A stretch of 64,000 nucleotides of DNA. Origin: Ruminococcus bicirculans (ex Wegman et al. 2014) (lineage in GTDB: Bacteria; Bacillota; Clostridia; Christensenellales; DTU072). The stretch covers positions 9,023 through 73,022 of the forward strand of contig CAVIFU010000002.1 in the NCBI GenBank assembly GCA_963642145.1, written 5' to 3'. Each line of letters starts with the position of its first letter. Within the stretch, counting starts at the first letter, position 1. The notes below the pieces were generated by a model. It was not told the origin of the DNA and made no database searches. It saw nothing but the letters and a program-made list of their open reading frames with translations. Both the position numbers and the translations under genes were made by a program. This document shows, one piece after another, positions 1 through 11,070 of this stretch.

Positions 1-98
1 GGCTCGTAAGAATTCGGAATCGGACGACTCCGAAGACGAATAAAAATCGGCGGACGGAGCCCCACAAGGGCTCTCGTTTGCTAAATGGGAGATAGGTT

Positions 99-1637
99 AT
101 GCTTGCCATTGTGAAAAGTTACGCTCTTGACGGCTTAAACGGATACCCCGTTGATATAGAAGTGGACACCCAAAAAGGGGTCGCTTCTTTCGATATCGTC
201 GGACTGCCTTCAAGCTCTGTCAAAGAGGCTCGCAACCGCGTTCGCTCGGCTGTCAAAAACTCGTATTTCGAGTTTACTCCCAAGCGTACAACCGTCAATA
301 TGGCGCCGGCGGACGTCAAAAAAGAGGGCTCGTGTTTTGATCTTCCGATAGCTCTCGGCTTTTTGGCAGGCACGGATCAAATCAATGCCGACAAGCTCGG
401 AGATTACGTTATACTCGGTGAACTTTCGCTCGACGGTAGCGTCAGGAAGGTAAACGGAGTATTGCCGATTCTCATATCCGCGTTACAAAACGGCTACAAA
501 AACTTCATTATCCCGGCAGAAAACGCCACCGAAGCCAGCTATATTATGGGAGCCAAGGTCTACGCCGTCAAATCCCTCGGCGAAGCGTGCGCGTTTTTGG
601 GCGGACTCAAAGAGTTGGAACCGGTGCCCCTTACGGAGTACCATTCCGTCAGCGCGAAGAACAAGTACGGAGTCGATCTGAAATTCGTAAAAGGTCAAAA
701 ACTTGCCAAAAGAGCGTTGGAAATAGCCGTTGCCGGCGGTCACAACATACTTATATGCGGACCTGCCGGGGCCGGCAAAACACTTCTTGCCAAATGTGTT
801 CCGACAATAATGCCGGACATGACATTTGAAGAGGCGATCGAAACGACCAAAATCCACAGTGTTGCCGGCGTTTTGGACAGCGAAGAGGGCATGGTAACGT
901 CACGTCCCTTCCGTTCTCCTCATCATACCGCAAGCTTGTTCAGCCTCGTCGGCGGTGGAAACAAGAGTATGTGCGGCGAAGTCAGCCTTGCGCATAACGG
1001 CGTGCTGTTCCTTGACGAAATGCCGGAGTACAACAAGAAGACGTTGGAGACGTTGCGCCAGCCGATAGAAGACGGCGTCGTAACCGTCGCGCGCGTAGCG
1101 CGTTCAATAGAATATCCCGCGCGCTTTATGCTTGTGGCGAGTATGAACCCGTGTCCTTGCGGCAACTACGGTTCTCGCGACCCGAATAAACCTTGCACAT
1201 GTACTCCTCTCGAACGCAAAAGATACGCCGGCAGAATATCCGGACCGCTGCTTGACAGAATCGATTTGTACGTATCCGTAGGCGGCGTGGAGTATGACGA
1301 ACTCAGAGCCAAGTCCGAGGAAGAGGACAGCGCAACCGTCAAAGCGCGCGTCGAAAAAGCAAGAGAAATCCAACGTATCCGATTCAAGGGTATGGGAATA
1401 CATAATAACGCGGAGATGAACAATGCGCTAATCGATACTTATTGCAAGCTCTGCGGAGAGGCGGAAGAGCTGCTTAAACTCGCGTTTAAGGCAAAAAGTC
1501 TCAGCGCAAGAAGCGTAACGCGTATATTGAAGGTGGCAAGGACCATTGCAGACTTAGCGGGTAGAGAAAGCATATCCGCAAACGATATCGCGGAAGCGGT
1601 ACAATTCAAGACTAAGGAAATCGGCGATGAAGATTGA
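99..1637 (+). CDS. comM: YifB/ComM family Mg-chelatase-like AAA+ ATPase
   Basis: 512-aa ORF with ATG at 99 and a purine-rich RBS. It has an N-terminal Lon-like domain, Walker A GPAGAGKT and Walker B LFLDEMPE. It sits in the canonical comM-dprA-topA neighbourhood. Confidence 0.9.
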   Translation: MLAIVKSYALDGLNGYPVDIEVDTQKGVASFDIVGLPSSSVKEARNRVRSAVKNSYFEFTPKRTTVNMAPADVKKEGSCFDLPIALGFLAGTDQINADKLGDYVILGELSLDGSVRKVNGVLPILISALQNGYKNFIIPAENATEASYIMGAKVYAVKSLGEACAFLGGLKELEPVPLTEYHSVSAKNKYGVDLKFVKGQKLAKRALEIAVAGGHNILICGPAGAGKTLLAKCVPTIMPDMTFEEAIETTKIHSVAGVLDSEEGMVTSRPFRSPHHTASLFSLVGGGNKSMCGEVSLAHNGVLFLDEMPEYNKKTLETLRQPIEDGVVTVARVARSIEYPARFMLVASMNPCPCGNYGSRDPNKPCTCTPLERKRYAGRISGPLLDRIDLYVSVGGVEYDELRAKSEEEDSATVKARVEKAREIQRIRFKGMGIHNNAEMNNALIDTYCKLCGEAEELLKLAFKAKSLSARSVTRILKVARTIADLAGRESISANDIAEAVQFKTKEIGDED

Positions 1638-2700
1638 TGAGCGCACGCGCAATGTAGTATGGTTGCAACTTACGTTAGGGCTGTCTTCGGCGAGGATAAA
1701 CGATATCGAACGCGAGGTAGGCATAGACGAGTTTGTTCGTGCGCCTAAACGCTTTGCGTCGAGGTTATCGCATAAGTTGCCGGACAGAACGCCCGATGAG
1801 GTGGATTTCAAACCTGCAAACGATCTTATTGCGGATTTGGAGAGTAAGGGATACGGCGTTATCACGGAGTGGAGCGCTGAGTATCCGGATACGCTCAGGA
1901 ATATCGACGTACCTCCCGCCGTACTCTACTACAAAGGCGATATAGGTTTGCTCAAAACAAGGTGTTTGGGCGTAGTCGGCACTCGAGATCCTTCGCGGTA
2001 CGGCAGAGATTACACTACTAAGTTTGTGGAAGTTCTTGCCAAGTGCAAGCTGACGATTGTCAGCGGTATGGCGCGCGGCGTAGATTCTGTGGCGCACAAA
2101 ACTACCATGGACAACAGCGGCAAAACGATAGCCGTGCTCGGCACCGGCATAGACAAAGTTTTTCCGCAAGATAACGACGCTTTATATAGGGATATATGCA
2201 AGAAAGGGCTTGTCGTTACGGAATATTTACCGGGAACGCCGGCGCTTTCGTACAACTTCCCCGAGCGCAATCGTATAATAAGCGGATTGTCGCAAGGCGT
2301 GCTCGTAACGGAGGCAGGCAACAAGAGCGGATCTCTCATCACGGCAGACTATGCCATAAGGCAGGGTAGGGACTTGTTTATAATACCTTCCGCGCTCAAT
2401 TCTCCGCGCGGAGCCGGCGGTAACAGGTTGCTCAAAACTTGTCAGGGAGCCATTGTGTTGTCCCCGGACGATATCGTGGAAGCTCTCGGCATCAACGCCC
2501 AACCCGAGCGACGCGCTTCCGCAATGCAACTTGATTTTATGGAGGAAAAGCTTGTTGACGCTCTCGGTTACAGCGAGATGCACTTCGACGAGCTCGTAGA
2601 GCTGACGGGACTCGGAGTAAGCGATTTAAGCGCATTACTTGTCAGAATGCAATTAGTCGGGCTCATCAAACAATTAGATAATAATTACTACGGAGTGTAA
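1627..2700 (+). CDS. dprA: DNA processing protein DprA (Smf)
   Basis: Motifs GVVGTRDPSRYG, SGMARGVDS and ERNRIISGLSQGVLVTEA. The start overlaps the comM stop by 11 nt. Confidence 0.9.
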   Translation: MKIDERTRNVVWLQLTLGLSSARINDIEREVGIDEFVRAPKRFASRLSHKLPDRTPDEVDFKPANDLIADLESKGYGVITEWSAEYPDTLRNIDVPPAVLYYKGDIGLLKTRCLGVVGTRDPSRYGRDYTTKFVEVLAKCKLTIVSGMARGVDSVAHKTTMDNSGKTIAVLGTGIDKVFPQDNDALYRDICKKGLVVTEYLPGTPALSYNFPERNRIISGLSQGVLVTEAGNKSGSLITADYAIRQGRDLFIIPSALNSPRGAGGNRLLKTCQGAIVLSPDDIVEALGINAQPERRASAMQLDFMEEKLVDALGYSEMHFDELVELTGLGVSDLSALLVRMQLVGLIKQLDNNYYGV

Positions 2701-2701
2701 A

Positions 2702-4813
2702 ATGAAATTAGTAATAGTCGAGTCGCCTTCCAAGGCAAAGACAATTCAAAAATATCTCGGACGCGATTATAAGGTTATGGCGTCCGGCGGGCACGTTTGC
2801 GATCTTCCGCAAAAAACGCTCGGAATAGATATAGACAACAGATTCAAGCCGGAATACGTCATAACCGACGCAAAAAAGAAAGATTTGCTCAAACGCATGA
2901 AAAAAGAGGTTAAAGACAGCGAGTTTACCTATCTTGCGACGGACCCGGATAGAGAAGGCGAAGCAATAAGCTGGCATCTTGCCAACAATCTCGATCTCAA
3001 CGGTCAAAAGAACCGTATCGAGTTTAATGAAATTACCGCAAAAGCGGTGCAAAAGGCTATACAACAGCCTCGCGAGATAAATATGAATCTCGTTGACGCA
3101 CAGCAAGCGCGCAGGGTGCTGGATAGATTGGTCGGTTACAAAGTAAGCCCGATACTGTCGCGCAAGATCAAGAGCGGACTTTCCGGTGGCAGAGTGCAAT
3201 CCGCCGCATTGAAAATGATAGTCGATAGAGAGCGTGAAATCAACGCTTTCGTACCGCAAGAGTACTGGAACGTGTGCGCGGAGCTCATAAAACCCGGCAC
3301 CAAGTCCCCGGTAATCAAGGGATCTTTGCAAGACGTCAACGGCACAAAACTCAAATTGGATAACGAATCCGCCGTCAAGGAAGTGGTCTCCAAGCTGGAA
3401 ACCGCCGATTGGAGCGTTGACAAAGTCAAAAAGGGAGTATCGCGTTCCAAACCTGCCGCGCCGTTTACGACCAGCACGTTGCAACAGGACGGATCCCAAA
3501 AACTCGGACTTACCGCACCGCAAATCATGTTAATCGCCCAGCAACTTTACGAGGGCGTAGAACTCCCGGGCGAAGGGCACACCGCGCTTGTAACGTATAT
3601 CAGAACGGACTCCGTAAGGATTTCTTCCGATATGCAAGCGGCGACCATATCGTATATCAAGGATAGATTCGGCGAAGCATACGCGCCCGTCAAACCCAAT
3701 GTCTACACGTCCAAAGGGCAGAACGTCCAAGACGCGCACGAGGCTATACGTCCCGTTTCGCTCGACAGAACCCCGGAGAGTTTGGAGGACAAACTGCCGC
3801 GCAACCAATACAGACTTTATAAGCTCATATATTACAGATACCTTGCAAGTCAAATGACCGACGCAACGTATAACACCATGACCGTGCGCATAAGCGCGCG
3901 CACGAGCAAAAACGAGGATTACGGCTTCAAAGTCAGCGGTAAGTCGCTTGTTTTCAAGGGCTACACCGCCGTTTACGAAACGGAAAAGAATACCGCCGAC
4001 GATGACGATTCTTCCGAATCAACGCTTCCTAACCTCAACGAGGGCGAAAAGCTCAACCTGAAGAACATAAAGACGGAGCAAAAGTTCACCAAGCCCCAAC
4101 CGAGGTATTCCGAAGCCACCCTAATAAAAGCTATGGAAGAAAACGGTATCGGACGTCCGTCAACGTACGCTACCGTCATATCAGTGCTTACCAAGAGGGA
4201 GTACGTTACCAAGGAGCAAAAGCTGTTCAAGCCGACGCCTCTCGGAGAAACCGTAACCGAGTTCATGGAAGAATGGTTCAAGAATATCGTCGATATTCAC
4301 TTTACCGCGAGTATGGAAGACAAGCTTGACCTTGTAGAGCGTGGCGCGGAGTGGCAAAAGATAATAGAGGATTTCTATCCGTCCTTTGAAAAAGAACTCA
4401 AAGAAGCCAACTATAACGGCAAAAAGCGTTCTCCGCTACCGGAGGAAGTCAGCGACGTAATATGCGAGAAGTGCGGAGCGCACATGGTAGTCAAAGAGGG
4501 ACGTTACGGCAAATTCCTTGCGTGTCCCAACTATCCCGAGTGCAAAAACGTCAAGAACATAGTAGAATCGGTAGGCAAATGCCCCATATGCGGCGGCGAT
4601 ATCAGCAAGCGTTACAGCAAAGCCGGTAGGGTATTCTACGGTTGCTCCAATTATCCCGCTTGCAAGTTCATGTCTTGGGATATTCCGGCGCCGATACTTT
4701 GCCCCAAATGCGGCAAAACCATGAAAATAGTTGAGGAAGACGACGTCAAGAAGTACGTTTGCACGGATAGAGCGTGCAATACCGTCGTTATTCCCAAGGA
4801 AAACAAAGAATGA
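2702..4813 (+). CDS. topA: DNA topoisomerase I
   Basis: TOPRIM motifs LVIVESPSKAKTI and ATDPDREGEAISWH, and the active-site Tyr region VTYIRTDS. Three C-terminal C4 zinc ribbons are present (CEKCG..CPNYPEC, CPICG..CSNYPAC, CPKCG..CTDRAC). Confidence 0.96.
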   Translation: MKLVIVESPSKAKTIQKYLGRDYKVMASGGHVCDLPQKTLGIDIDNRFKPEYVITDAKKKDLLKRMKKEVKDSEFTYLATDPDREGEAISWHLANNLDLNGQKNRIEFNEITAKAVQKAIQQPREINMNLVDAQQARRVLDRLVGYKVSPILSRKIKSGLSGGRVQSAALKMIVDREREINAFVPQEYWNVCAELIKPGTKSPVIKGSLQDVNGTKLKLDNESAVKEVVSKLETADWSVDKVKKGVSRSKPAAPFTTSTLQQDGSQKLGLTAPQIMLIAQQLYEGVELPGEGHTALVTYIRTDSVRISSDMQAATISYIKDRFGEAYAPVKPNVYTSKGQNVQDAHEAIRPVSLDRTPESLEDKLPRNQYRLYKLIYYRYLASQMTDATYNTMTVRISARTSKNEDYGFKVSGKSLVFKGYTAVYETEKNTADDDDSSESTLPNLNEGEKLNLKNIKTEQKFTKPQPRYSEATLIKAMEENGIGRPSTYATVISVLTKREYVTKEQKLFKPTPLGETVTEFMEEWFKNIVDIHFTASMEDKLDLVERGAEWQKIIEDFYPSFEKELKEANYNGKKRSPLPEEVSDVICEKCGAHMVVKEGRYGKFLACPNYPECKNVKNIVESVGKCPICGGDISKRYSKAGRVFYGCSNYPACKFMSWDIPAPILCPKCGKTMKIVEEDDVKKYVCTDRACNTVVIPKENKE

Positions 4814-6105
4814 AGATAACCGTTATAGGCGGAGGTTTGGCAGGCTCCGAAGCCGCGTATCAGCTACTCAAAAGGGGATACGAAGTCGATATGTACGAGA
4901 TGCGTCCCGTCAAACGCACCTTGGTACACAAGACGGACGGACTTGCCGAACTCGTCTGTTCCAACAGCTTAAAGAGCGAAGACAAAACGACGTCGCAAGG
5001 ACTGCTCAAAGAAGAGATGCGCATGTTCGGTTCACTCATACTGGAGTGCGCCGAGGGTACGAGAGTCCCGGCAGGCGGTGCTCTTGCGGTAGACAGAGAG
5101 GAGTTTTCCCAAAAAATCTCTTCCGTTTTAACGTCCTATAAAGGTTTCAGGCTTATAAGAGAAGAGGCGGAGGATATCGGTAACGACACCATTGTCGCAA
5201 CGGGACCGCTGACGTCGGACGCGCTGGCAAAACGCATTACGGAATACACCGGAGCCGACAAACTCTATTTTTACGACGCAGTCGCGCCTATAATAGAGCT
5301 CGATTCCGTGGATAAAGATCGTTCTTTCTGGTCTGCGAGGTACAACAAGGGCACTGACGATTATCTCAATTGCCCCATGACCAAAGAGGAGTACGACGTA
5401 TTCTACAACGCGCTTGTCACGGCGGACACGGTAATACTCAAATCGTTTGAGAAGAGGGAGATATTTGAGGGCTGCATGCCGGTCGAGGTTATGGCAAAGC
5501 GCGGTTACGACGCGTTGCGCTTCGGACCTTTGCGCCCGGTAGGCATCAGAGACGAGCAAGGCAACGGCTTTTACGCAGTTGTGCAGCTCCGCAAAGAGGA
5601 CAATTACGATAAGCTTGTCAACCTTGTAGGGTTCCAAACCAACCTTACGTTCGGCGAGCAAAAGAGGGTATTCTCCTTGATACCGGCGTTACGCAACGCC
5701 GAGTTTGTCAGATACGGCGTCATGCACCGCAACACGTACATAAACAGTCCTGCCGTGTTAGACGAGCACTTTGCGTTAAGGTCGAACCCGTCGGTGTACT
5801 TTGCGGGACAGATAACCGGAGTCGAGGGCTATATGGAAAGCGCTATGAGCGGTATGCTTGCAGGCATCAACACGGCTCGGCGGACGGAGGGAAAGGCGCA
5901 GTTGCTGTTGCCGGAAACCACCGTCATCGGCAGTCTGCAAAGGTACATAGCCGGCGCAAAAACCAACTTTCAACCGATGCACGTAAGTTTTGCATTATTA
6001 CCGGAGCTTGGCGGTAACGTCAAAAAATCCGATAAAAAAGCGGCTTACGCCGAGAGATCGCTAAGGGATCTCTCAACATATCTAAAAAACATACAGGAGG
6101 TGTAG
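4810..6105 (+). CDS. trmFO: Methylenetetrahydrofolate--tRNA-(uracil54-C5)-methyltransferase TrmFO (Gid)
   Basis: FAD motif [14 protein letters not shown] and [12 protein letters not shown]. The ORF-track start at 4774 was trimmed to the ATG at 4810, which forms an ATGA overlap with the topA stop. Confidence 0.9.
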   Translation: MKITVIGGGLAGSEAAYQLLKRGYEVDMYEMRPVKRTLVHKTDGLAELVCSNSLKSEDKTTSQGLLKEEMRMFGSLILECAEGTRVPAGGALAVDREEFSQKISSVLTSYKGFRLIREEAEDIGNDTIVATGPLTSDALAKRITEYTGADKLYFYDAVAPIIELDSVDKDRSFWSARYNKGTDDYLNCPMTKEEYDVFYNALVTADTVILKSFEKREIFEGCMPVEVMAKRGYDALRFGPLRPVGIRDEQGNGFYAVVQLRKEDNYDKLVNLVGFQTNLTFGEQKRVFSLIPALRNAEFVRYGVMHRNTYINSPAVLDEHFALRSNPSVYFAGQITGVEGYMESAMSGMLAGINTARRTEGKAQLLLPETTVIGSLQRYIAGAKTNFQPMHVSFALLPELGGNVKKSDKKAAYAERSLRDLSTYLKNIQEV

Positions 6106-6106
6106 T

Positions 6107-6640
6107 ATGCCGGAATTCAAAGGCACGACTATATGCGCCGTCAAGCGTAACGGCGTAACCGCCGTCGCAGGCGACGGACAGGTAACCATGGGCGAAAGCG
6201 TTATTTTCAAAGGTAACGCCGTCAAAGTCAAAAGAATATATGACGGCAAGGTAATTGTCGGATTTGCGGGCTCTGTGAGCGACGCATTCGCGTTGAGCGA
6301 AAAATTTGAAGAAATGCTCCAAAAGTTCAGCGGCAATCTGACTCGAGCGGCTGTCGAGCTTGCCGAGCTTTGGCGTACGGATAAAGCGCGCAAGTTAGAG
6401 GCGATGCTGATAACCGCGGACAAGGACAATTTACTTATCGTATCCGGCACCGGAGAGGTAATAGAGCCGGAGAGTGGCGTTTGTGCCATAGGTAGCGGCG
6501 GCAATTACGCGTTAAGCGCGGCGCGCGCGCTGTTGGAGAACACCGATCTCGACGCAAAGACCATAGCGGAAAAGGCAATGAAGATAGCGGGAGATCTTTG
6601 CATCTTCACCAACCATCACGTCACTGTGGAAACAGTATAG
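6107..6640 (+). CDS. hslV: ATP-dependent protease subunit HslV (ClpQ)
   Basis: 177 aa with an N-terminal [11 protein letters not shown] nucleophile region and GSGG. It lies immediately upstream of hslU. Confidence 0.93.
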   Translation: MPEFKGTTICAVKRNGVTAVAGDGQVTMGESVIFKGNAVKVKRIYDGKVIVGFAGSVSDAFALSEKFEEMLQKFSGNLTRAAVELAELWRTDKARKLEAMLITADKDNLLIVSGTGEVIEPESGVCAIGSGGNYALSAARALLENTDLDAKTIAEKAMKIAGDLCIFTNHHVTVETV

Positions 6641-6649
6641 GAGGTCAAA

Positions 6650-7969
6650 ATGTCTGTACCGGAACTTACTCCCAAACAAATAGTATCGGAGCTTGATAGA
6701 TACATTATAGGTCAAAACGATGCCAAAAAGGCAGTTGCCGTAGCTTTGCGCAACAGATATCGTCGTTCGCAGCTTCCCCAAGAGATCAGGGACGAGATAA
6801 CTCCCAAAAATATTATCATGAAGGGACCTACGGGCGTAGGCAAAACAGAGATAGCAAGACGTCTTGCCAAGCTTGTCAAAGCGCCGTTTGTCAAAGTCGA
6901 AGCCACCAAATTCACCGAAGTCGGCTATGTCGGCAGGGACGTTGAGTCGATGATTAGGGATCTTGTCGAAGTGTCGATAAGGCTTGTCAAAGAAGAGAAG
7001 ATCGCCGAATGCGAGCCCAAGGCGAAAGCGGTTGCCGAGAAAAAACTTGTAGACGGTTTATTCCCGGCGCGCAAGAAGAACCACCCCGAGCTTGCCGACG
7101 ACGAAATCAGACGCATGCTTACGGAGGAACTCAACGAAGGCAAACTCGACAACATCACCATTGAGATGGAGCTTCCCGTGGCGCAACCTTCTTTACAGAT
7201 AGGCAGCATCGGCGGTAACGATATCAATATCGGAGACATGTTAGGCAGATTCATGCCCAAACAGACCAAAAAACGCAAAATTACCGTCAAGGAAGCCTAC
7301 GAATTTCTTACGAGAGAAGAGGCGTCCAAGCTTATAGACGACGACTCGATCAACGCAGAGGGCATCAGACGCGCCGAGCAAGACGGCATAATCTTTATTG
7401 ACGAAATGGACAAGATCGCGTCCAAAGGCAACGTCAACGGACCGGACGTTTCGCGTGAAGGCGTGCAACGCGACATTCTCCCGATTGTCGAGGGATGCAC
7501 CGTCAACACCAAATACGGCAATATCCGTACGGACTTTATCTTGTTTATTGCGGCGGGCGCGTTCCATATTGCCAAGGTGAACGACTTAATTCCCGAGTTG
7601 CAGGGCAGATTCCCCGTAATCGTCGAGCTTCAAAGCCTTACGGAGGAGGACTTTACCAAGATTTTGCGTGAGCCGGACAACGCCATAATCATGCAATACG
7701 CGTCGTTACTCGGCGTAGACAACGTCAAGTTGAAGTTTACCGACGAAGCGATAGCCGAGCTTGCGAAAATAGCGTTTTTGGAGAACGAAACCAGCGAGAA
7801 TATCGGCGCGCGCAGACTCCACACGGTCATGGAAGCGTTGCTTGAAGACATCAGCTTCAACGCTTGCGGCGGACACGACGATATCGAAGTCGTAATCGAC
7901 AAAAACTACGTTTCGGAGCATATGGCAAACGCGGCAAAACTCATGAATCTCAAAAAATATATTTTGTAG
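6650..7969 (+). CDS. hslU: ATP-dependent protease ATPase subunit HslU (ClpY)
   Basis: Walker [16 protein letters not shown], Walker [10 protein letters not shown], and RFPVIVEL. Confidence 0.94.
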   Translation: MSVPELTPKQIVSELDRYIIGQNDAKKAVAVALRNRYRRSQLPQEIRDEITPKNIIMKGPTGVGKTEIARRLAKLVKAPFVKVEATKFTEVGYVGRDVESMIRDLVEVSIRLVKEEKIAECEPKAKAVAEKKLVDGLFPARKKNHPELADDEIRRMLTEELNEGKLDNITIEMELPVAQPSLQIGSIGGNDINIGDMLGRFMPKQTKKRKITVKEAYEFLTREEASKLIDDDSINAEGIRRAEQDGIIFIDEMDKIASKGNVNGPDVSREGVQRDILPIVEGCTVNTKYGNIRTDFILFIAAGAFHIAKVNDLIPELQGRFPVIVELQSLTEEDFTKILREPDNAIIMQYASLLGVDNVKLKFTDEAIAELAKIAFLENETSENIGARRLHTVMEALLEDISFNACGGHDDIEVVIDKNYVSEHMANAAKLMNLKKYIL

Positions 7970-7977
7970 AGGATAGA

Positions 7978-9225
7978 ATGATAAATATACCTAAAGGCAC
8001 AAAAGACGTAACTCCGTTTGAGAGTTACAAATGGCATTACATCGAGGGCGTTATCCGTCAAACTGCCGGCGAGTACGGTCTTAACGAGATCAGAACCCCG
8101 TCGTTTGAGCATACCGAGCTGTTTTTGCGCGGCGTGGGCGACACCACCGACATTGTCAACAAAGAGATGTATACGTTCGAGGACAAAGGCGGTCGCAGCA
8201 TTACGCTCAAACCGGAAGGCACGGCGGGAGTTGCGCGTTCGTACGTAGAGAACGGATTGTCGGAGTTACCCCAACCCGTCAAGATGTACTATATTACGCC
8301 GGTATTCCGTTACGAGCGTCCGCAAGCGGGAAGACTCAGAGAGCATCACCAATTCGGTATCGAGCTCTACGGTAGCGATTCTCCTTACGCCGATGTAGAG
8401 GCGATAAGCGTAGCCAAAACTCTGTTTGACAAACTCGGCATAACCGAGCTTGAACTAAACATCAACAGCATAGGTTGCCCCACTTGTCGCAAGGAGTATA
8501 ACAAAGCGCTTTGCGACTACCTCAAAAGCTACGAAGATAAGCTTTGCCCGACGTGCAGAGAGCGTTTATACAAGAATCCCTTGCGCATACTTGACTGCAA
8601 GGAAGAGCGTTGCAAAGAGATAACCGCCGGCGCTCCGCACGTATTGGATTATTTGTGCCCGGATTGCAAGGCGCATCACGAGGAAGTCAAACGCCTTTTG
8701 ACGCTTGTGGGCATACCGTACAAGGTTAACCCCAATATCGTCAGAGGACTCGATTATTACACCAAAACGGTATTTGAATTCGTGTCCACTTCGATAGGCG
8801 CGCAAGGCACCGTTTGCGGAGGCGGCAGATACAACGGTCTTGTCGAGCAAGTTGGCGGAAAGCACACGCCGGCAGTCGGATTCGGCATGGGCATAGAACG
8901 CTTAATCATGGTGCTTGAGAGCCTAAACTTGAGCGTTGGGGAGCCCGAAGTGCCGATTGTGTACGTTGCGCCTCTTTCGCAAGCCGAGGCGGACGCGGCG
9001 TTTGTCATAGTCAACGAGCTACGCAAAAACGGCATATCCGCCGATACGGATTTGTTGGGCAGGAGCCTCAAAGCGCAAATGAAATATGCCGGCAAGCGCG
9101 GTTACGCCTATGTAGCGGTGGTCGGATCCGATGAGCTCAAAGACGGTGAAGTTAACTTAAAGAACATGCAAACGGGTGAAGCGACCCGTGTCAAGATAAA
9201 CAATCTCGCAAAGGAGTTGAAGTAG
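7978..9225 (+). CDS. hisS: Histidine--tRNA ligase
   Basis: Class II aaRS motifs YYITPVFRYERPQAGRLREHHQFG and GGGRYNGL. The ORF-track start at 7864 was trimmed to the ATG at 7978 (MINIPKGTKD). Confidence 0.94.
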   Translation: MINIPKGTKDVTPFESYKWHYIEGVIRQTAGEYGLNEIRTPSFEHTELFLRGVGDTTDIVNKEMYTFEDKGGRSITLKPEGTAGVARSYVENGLSELPQPVKMYYITPVFRYERPQAGRLREHHQFGIELYGSDSPYADVEAISVAKTLFDKLGITELELNINSIGCPTCRKEYNKALCDYLKSYEDKLCPTCRERLYKNPLRILDCKEERCKEITAGAPHVLDYLCPDCKAHHEEVKRLLTLVGIPYKVNPNIVRGLDYYTKTVFEFVSTSIGAQGTVCGGGRYNGLVEQVGGKHTPAVGFGMGIERLIMVLESLNLSVGEPEVPIVYVAPLSQAEADAAFVIVNELRKNGISADTDLLGRSLKAQMKYAGKRGYAYVAVVGSDELKDGEVNLKNMQTGEATRVKINNLAKELK

Positions 9226-9226
9226 T

Positions 9227-11017
9227 ATGGAAGAGTTTCTTACGAACATGAAAAGAACCAAAATGTGTGGTGAGTTCCGCGCTACCGATATAGGCAAGCA
9301 CGTAACGGCTATGGGTTTTGTCGCCAAGTACCGCAACCTCGGCAGCATACAATTTGTGGATCTGCGCGATAGGACGGGTATTTTGCAACTTAGTTTTGTG
9401 CAATCGGATTATCCCGACGTGTACGAAAAATCTACTCGAATCCGCAATGAATTCGTTATAGCGATAAGCGGTACCGTACAACCGCGCGGAGAGCGTAACG
9501 TCAACAAGGCGTTGCCTACCGGAGAAATCGAGGTAATTGTCGACGAACTCCGTATAATATCGGAAGCGGATACCACGCCGTTTGCGGTATCGGAGCTTGC
9601 AAACGTAGGCGAAACGTTGCGTCTCAAATATCGTTACCTTGACTTGCGTCGTCCGACTCTGCAAAGCTACCTTATCACAAGAGCCAAGATTACGGAAGTC
9701 ACCAACAATTACATGTCAAAACACGGATTTTTGAATATAGAAACTCCGTTCCTCGGCAAGTCCACTCCGGAAGGCGCGCGCGACTACCTTGTGCCGAGCA
9801 GAGTCCATCCGGGGACGTTCTACGCGTTACCGCAATCTCCGCAAATCTATAAGCAACTTTTGATGATATCCGGGTTCGACCGTTACTATCAAATAGCGCG
9901 TTGCTTCCGCGATGAGGACTTGCGCGCAAACAGACAGCCGGAATTTACTCAAATCGATATCGAAATGAGTTATGTGGACAAAATCACCGACGTCATGTAT
10001 ATGGCAGAGGGTCTTATTCGCGAGATATTCAAAGAGATCAAGGGCATCAAGCTGCCGCGTCATTTCAGACAAATGAAGTGGAAAGACGCCATGAACCGTT
10101 ACGGATCGGATAAACCCGACACGCGCTTCGGACTGGAACTCAACGACGTTACAAAACTTGTGAAAGGATCCGACTTTACGGTATTCGAGAACGCTACCAA
10201 GCGCGGATACAGCGTAAGAGCCATAAACGCCAAGGGTTTGGCTCACATTACGCGTAAAGAGATCGATTCTTACCAAGACGTCGTGCGCGAATACGGCGCG
10301 AAAGGTCTTGCATACATTGCCATCAAGCCGGAAGGAATAAGTTCTCCCATCCAAAAGTTCTTTACCGCCGATAAATTCAACGCGCTCATCGAAGCTCTCG
10401 GCGGAGAAACGGGAGACATATTGTTCTTTGTAGCCGACAAGGACAAGACCGTATACGACGCCCTCGGCGCGCTGAGACTTGCGATAGCCAAAAAGCACGG
10501 ACTAATAGACGAATCCGTATACGACATCCTCTGGGTAACCGAGTTTCCGCTATATGAGTATGACGAAGAGGAGCACCGCTTGGTAGCCATGCACCATCCC
10601 TTCACCAGCCCGATGACGGAAGACTTGAAGTATATCGATAAGAATCCGCTCAAAGTCAGAGCCAAAGCATACGATCTTGTCATCAACGGACAGGAAGCCG
10701 GCGGTGGTTCCATAAGAATCCATTCGCGTGACGTCCAAAAGAAGATGTTCGAGAAGATAGGGCTGAGCGACAAAGACATCAACGAGAGATTCGGTTTCTT
10801 TGTGGAGGCTTTCCGTTACGGAGTCCCTCCGCACGGCGGTTTGGCATTCGGGCTCGATAGGCTCGTAATGCTTTTGACGGGCACGGATAACATCAAAGAC
10901 GTTATCGCATTCCCCAAGAACCAATCCGCAGTCGGCTTAATGGAAGACGCTCCTTCGGAAGTCGAACCCAAACAGCTCAGAGAATTGTCTATCAAGATTG
11001 ACGGAGAAAACGTATAA
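9227..11017 (+). CDS. aspS: Aspartate--tRNA ligase
   Basis: FYALPQSPQIYKQLLM, QIARCFRDEDLRANRQPEFTQID, GGGSIRIH and PPHGGLAFGLDRLVM. Confidence 0.94.
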   Translation: MEEFLTNMKRTKMCGEFRATDIGKHVTAMGFVAKYRNLGSIQFVDLRDRTGILQLSFVQSDYPDVYEKSTRIRNEFVIAISGTVQPRGERNVNKALPTGEIEVIVDELRIISEADTTPFAVSELANVGETLRLKYRYLDLRRPTLQSYLITRAKITEVTNNYMSKHGFLNIETPFLGKSTPEGARDYLVPSRVHPGTFYALPQSPQIYKQLLMISGFDRYYQIARCFRDEDLRANRQPEFTQIDIEMSYVDKITDVMYMAEGLIREIFKEIKGIKLPRHFRQMKWKDAMNRYGSDKPDTRFGLELNDVTKLVKGSDFTVFENATKRGYSVRAINAKGLAHITRKEIDSYQDVVREYGAKGLAYIAIKPEGISSPIQKFFTADKFNALIEALGGETGDILFFVADKDKTVYDALGALRLAIAKKHGLIDESVYDILWVTEFPLYEYDEEEHRLVAMHHPFTSPMTEDLKYIDKNPLKVRAKAYDLVINGQEAGGGSIRIHSRDVQKKMFEKIGLSDKDINERFGFFVEAFRYGVPPHGGLAFGLDRLVMLLTGTDNIKDVIAFPKNQSAVGLMEDAPSEVEPKQLRELSIKIDGENV

Positions 11018-11021
11018 TCGT

Positions 11022-11049
11022 TTGACTTTAACAACGTAGTCAATAATAT
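11022..11049 (+). promoter_or_regulatory. Candidate sigmaA promoter for trxA-glyA
   Basis: TTGACT (11022-11027), 16-nt spacer, TAATAT (11044-11049). The implied leader before the RBS is very short, so this is only a candidate. Confidence 0.35.
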
Positions 11050-11070
11050 AGAAGTAAGTTGGAGGTAACC

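Noticed and set aside
1-73. The 3' end of an upstream gene (frame 2, ...KNSESDDSEDE, stop at 41-43) followed by a weak hairpin GAGCCC-N5-GGGCTC (57-73).
   Set aside because: Only 14 codons are visible and no identification is possible. The hairpin has only a 3-T tail, so I do not call it as a feature.
4774-4809. N-terminally extended ORF-track starts. Examples are 4774, 7864, 11059, 13695, 14113, 15878, 28190, 30583, 37151, 48240, 52099 and 58791.
   Set aside because: In each case the conserved protein N-terminus begins at an internal ATG (GTG for trmK) with a proper RBS. The extension overlaps the upstream gene or is arginine-rich junk. The refined coordinates are given in the feature table.
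7970-11070. T-box or other riboswitch leaders upstream of hisS, aspS, glyA, thyA and purA.
   Set aside because: The spacers upstream of hisS (8 nt), aspS (1 nt), glyA (1 nt) and purA (22 nt) are too short to hold any leader RNA. The thyA spacer contains only promoter-like sequence.
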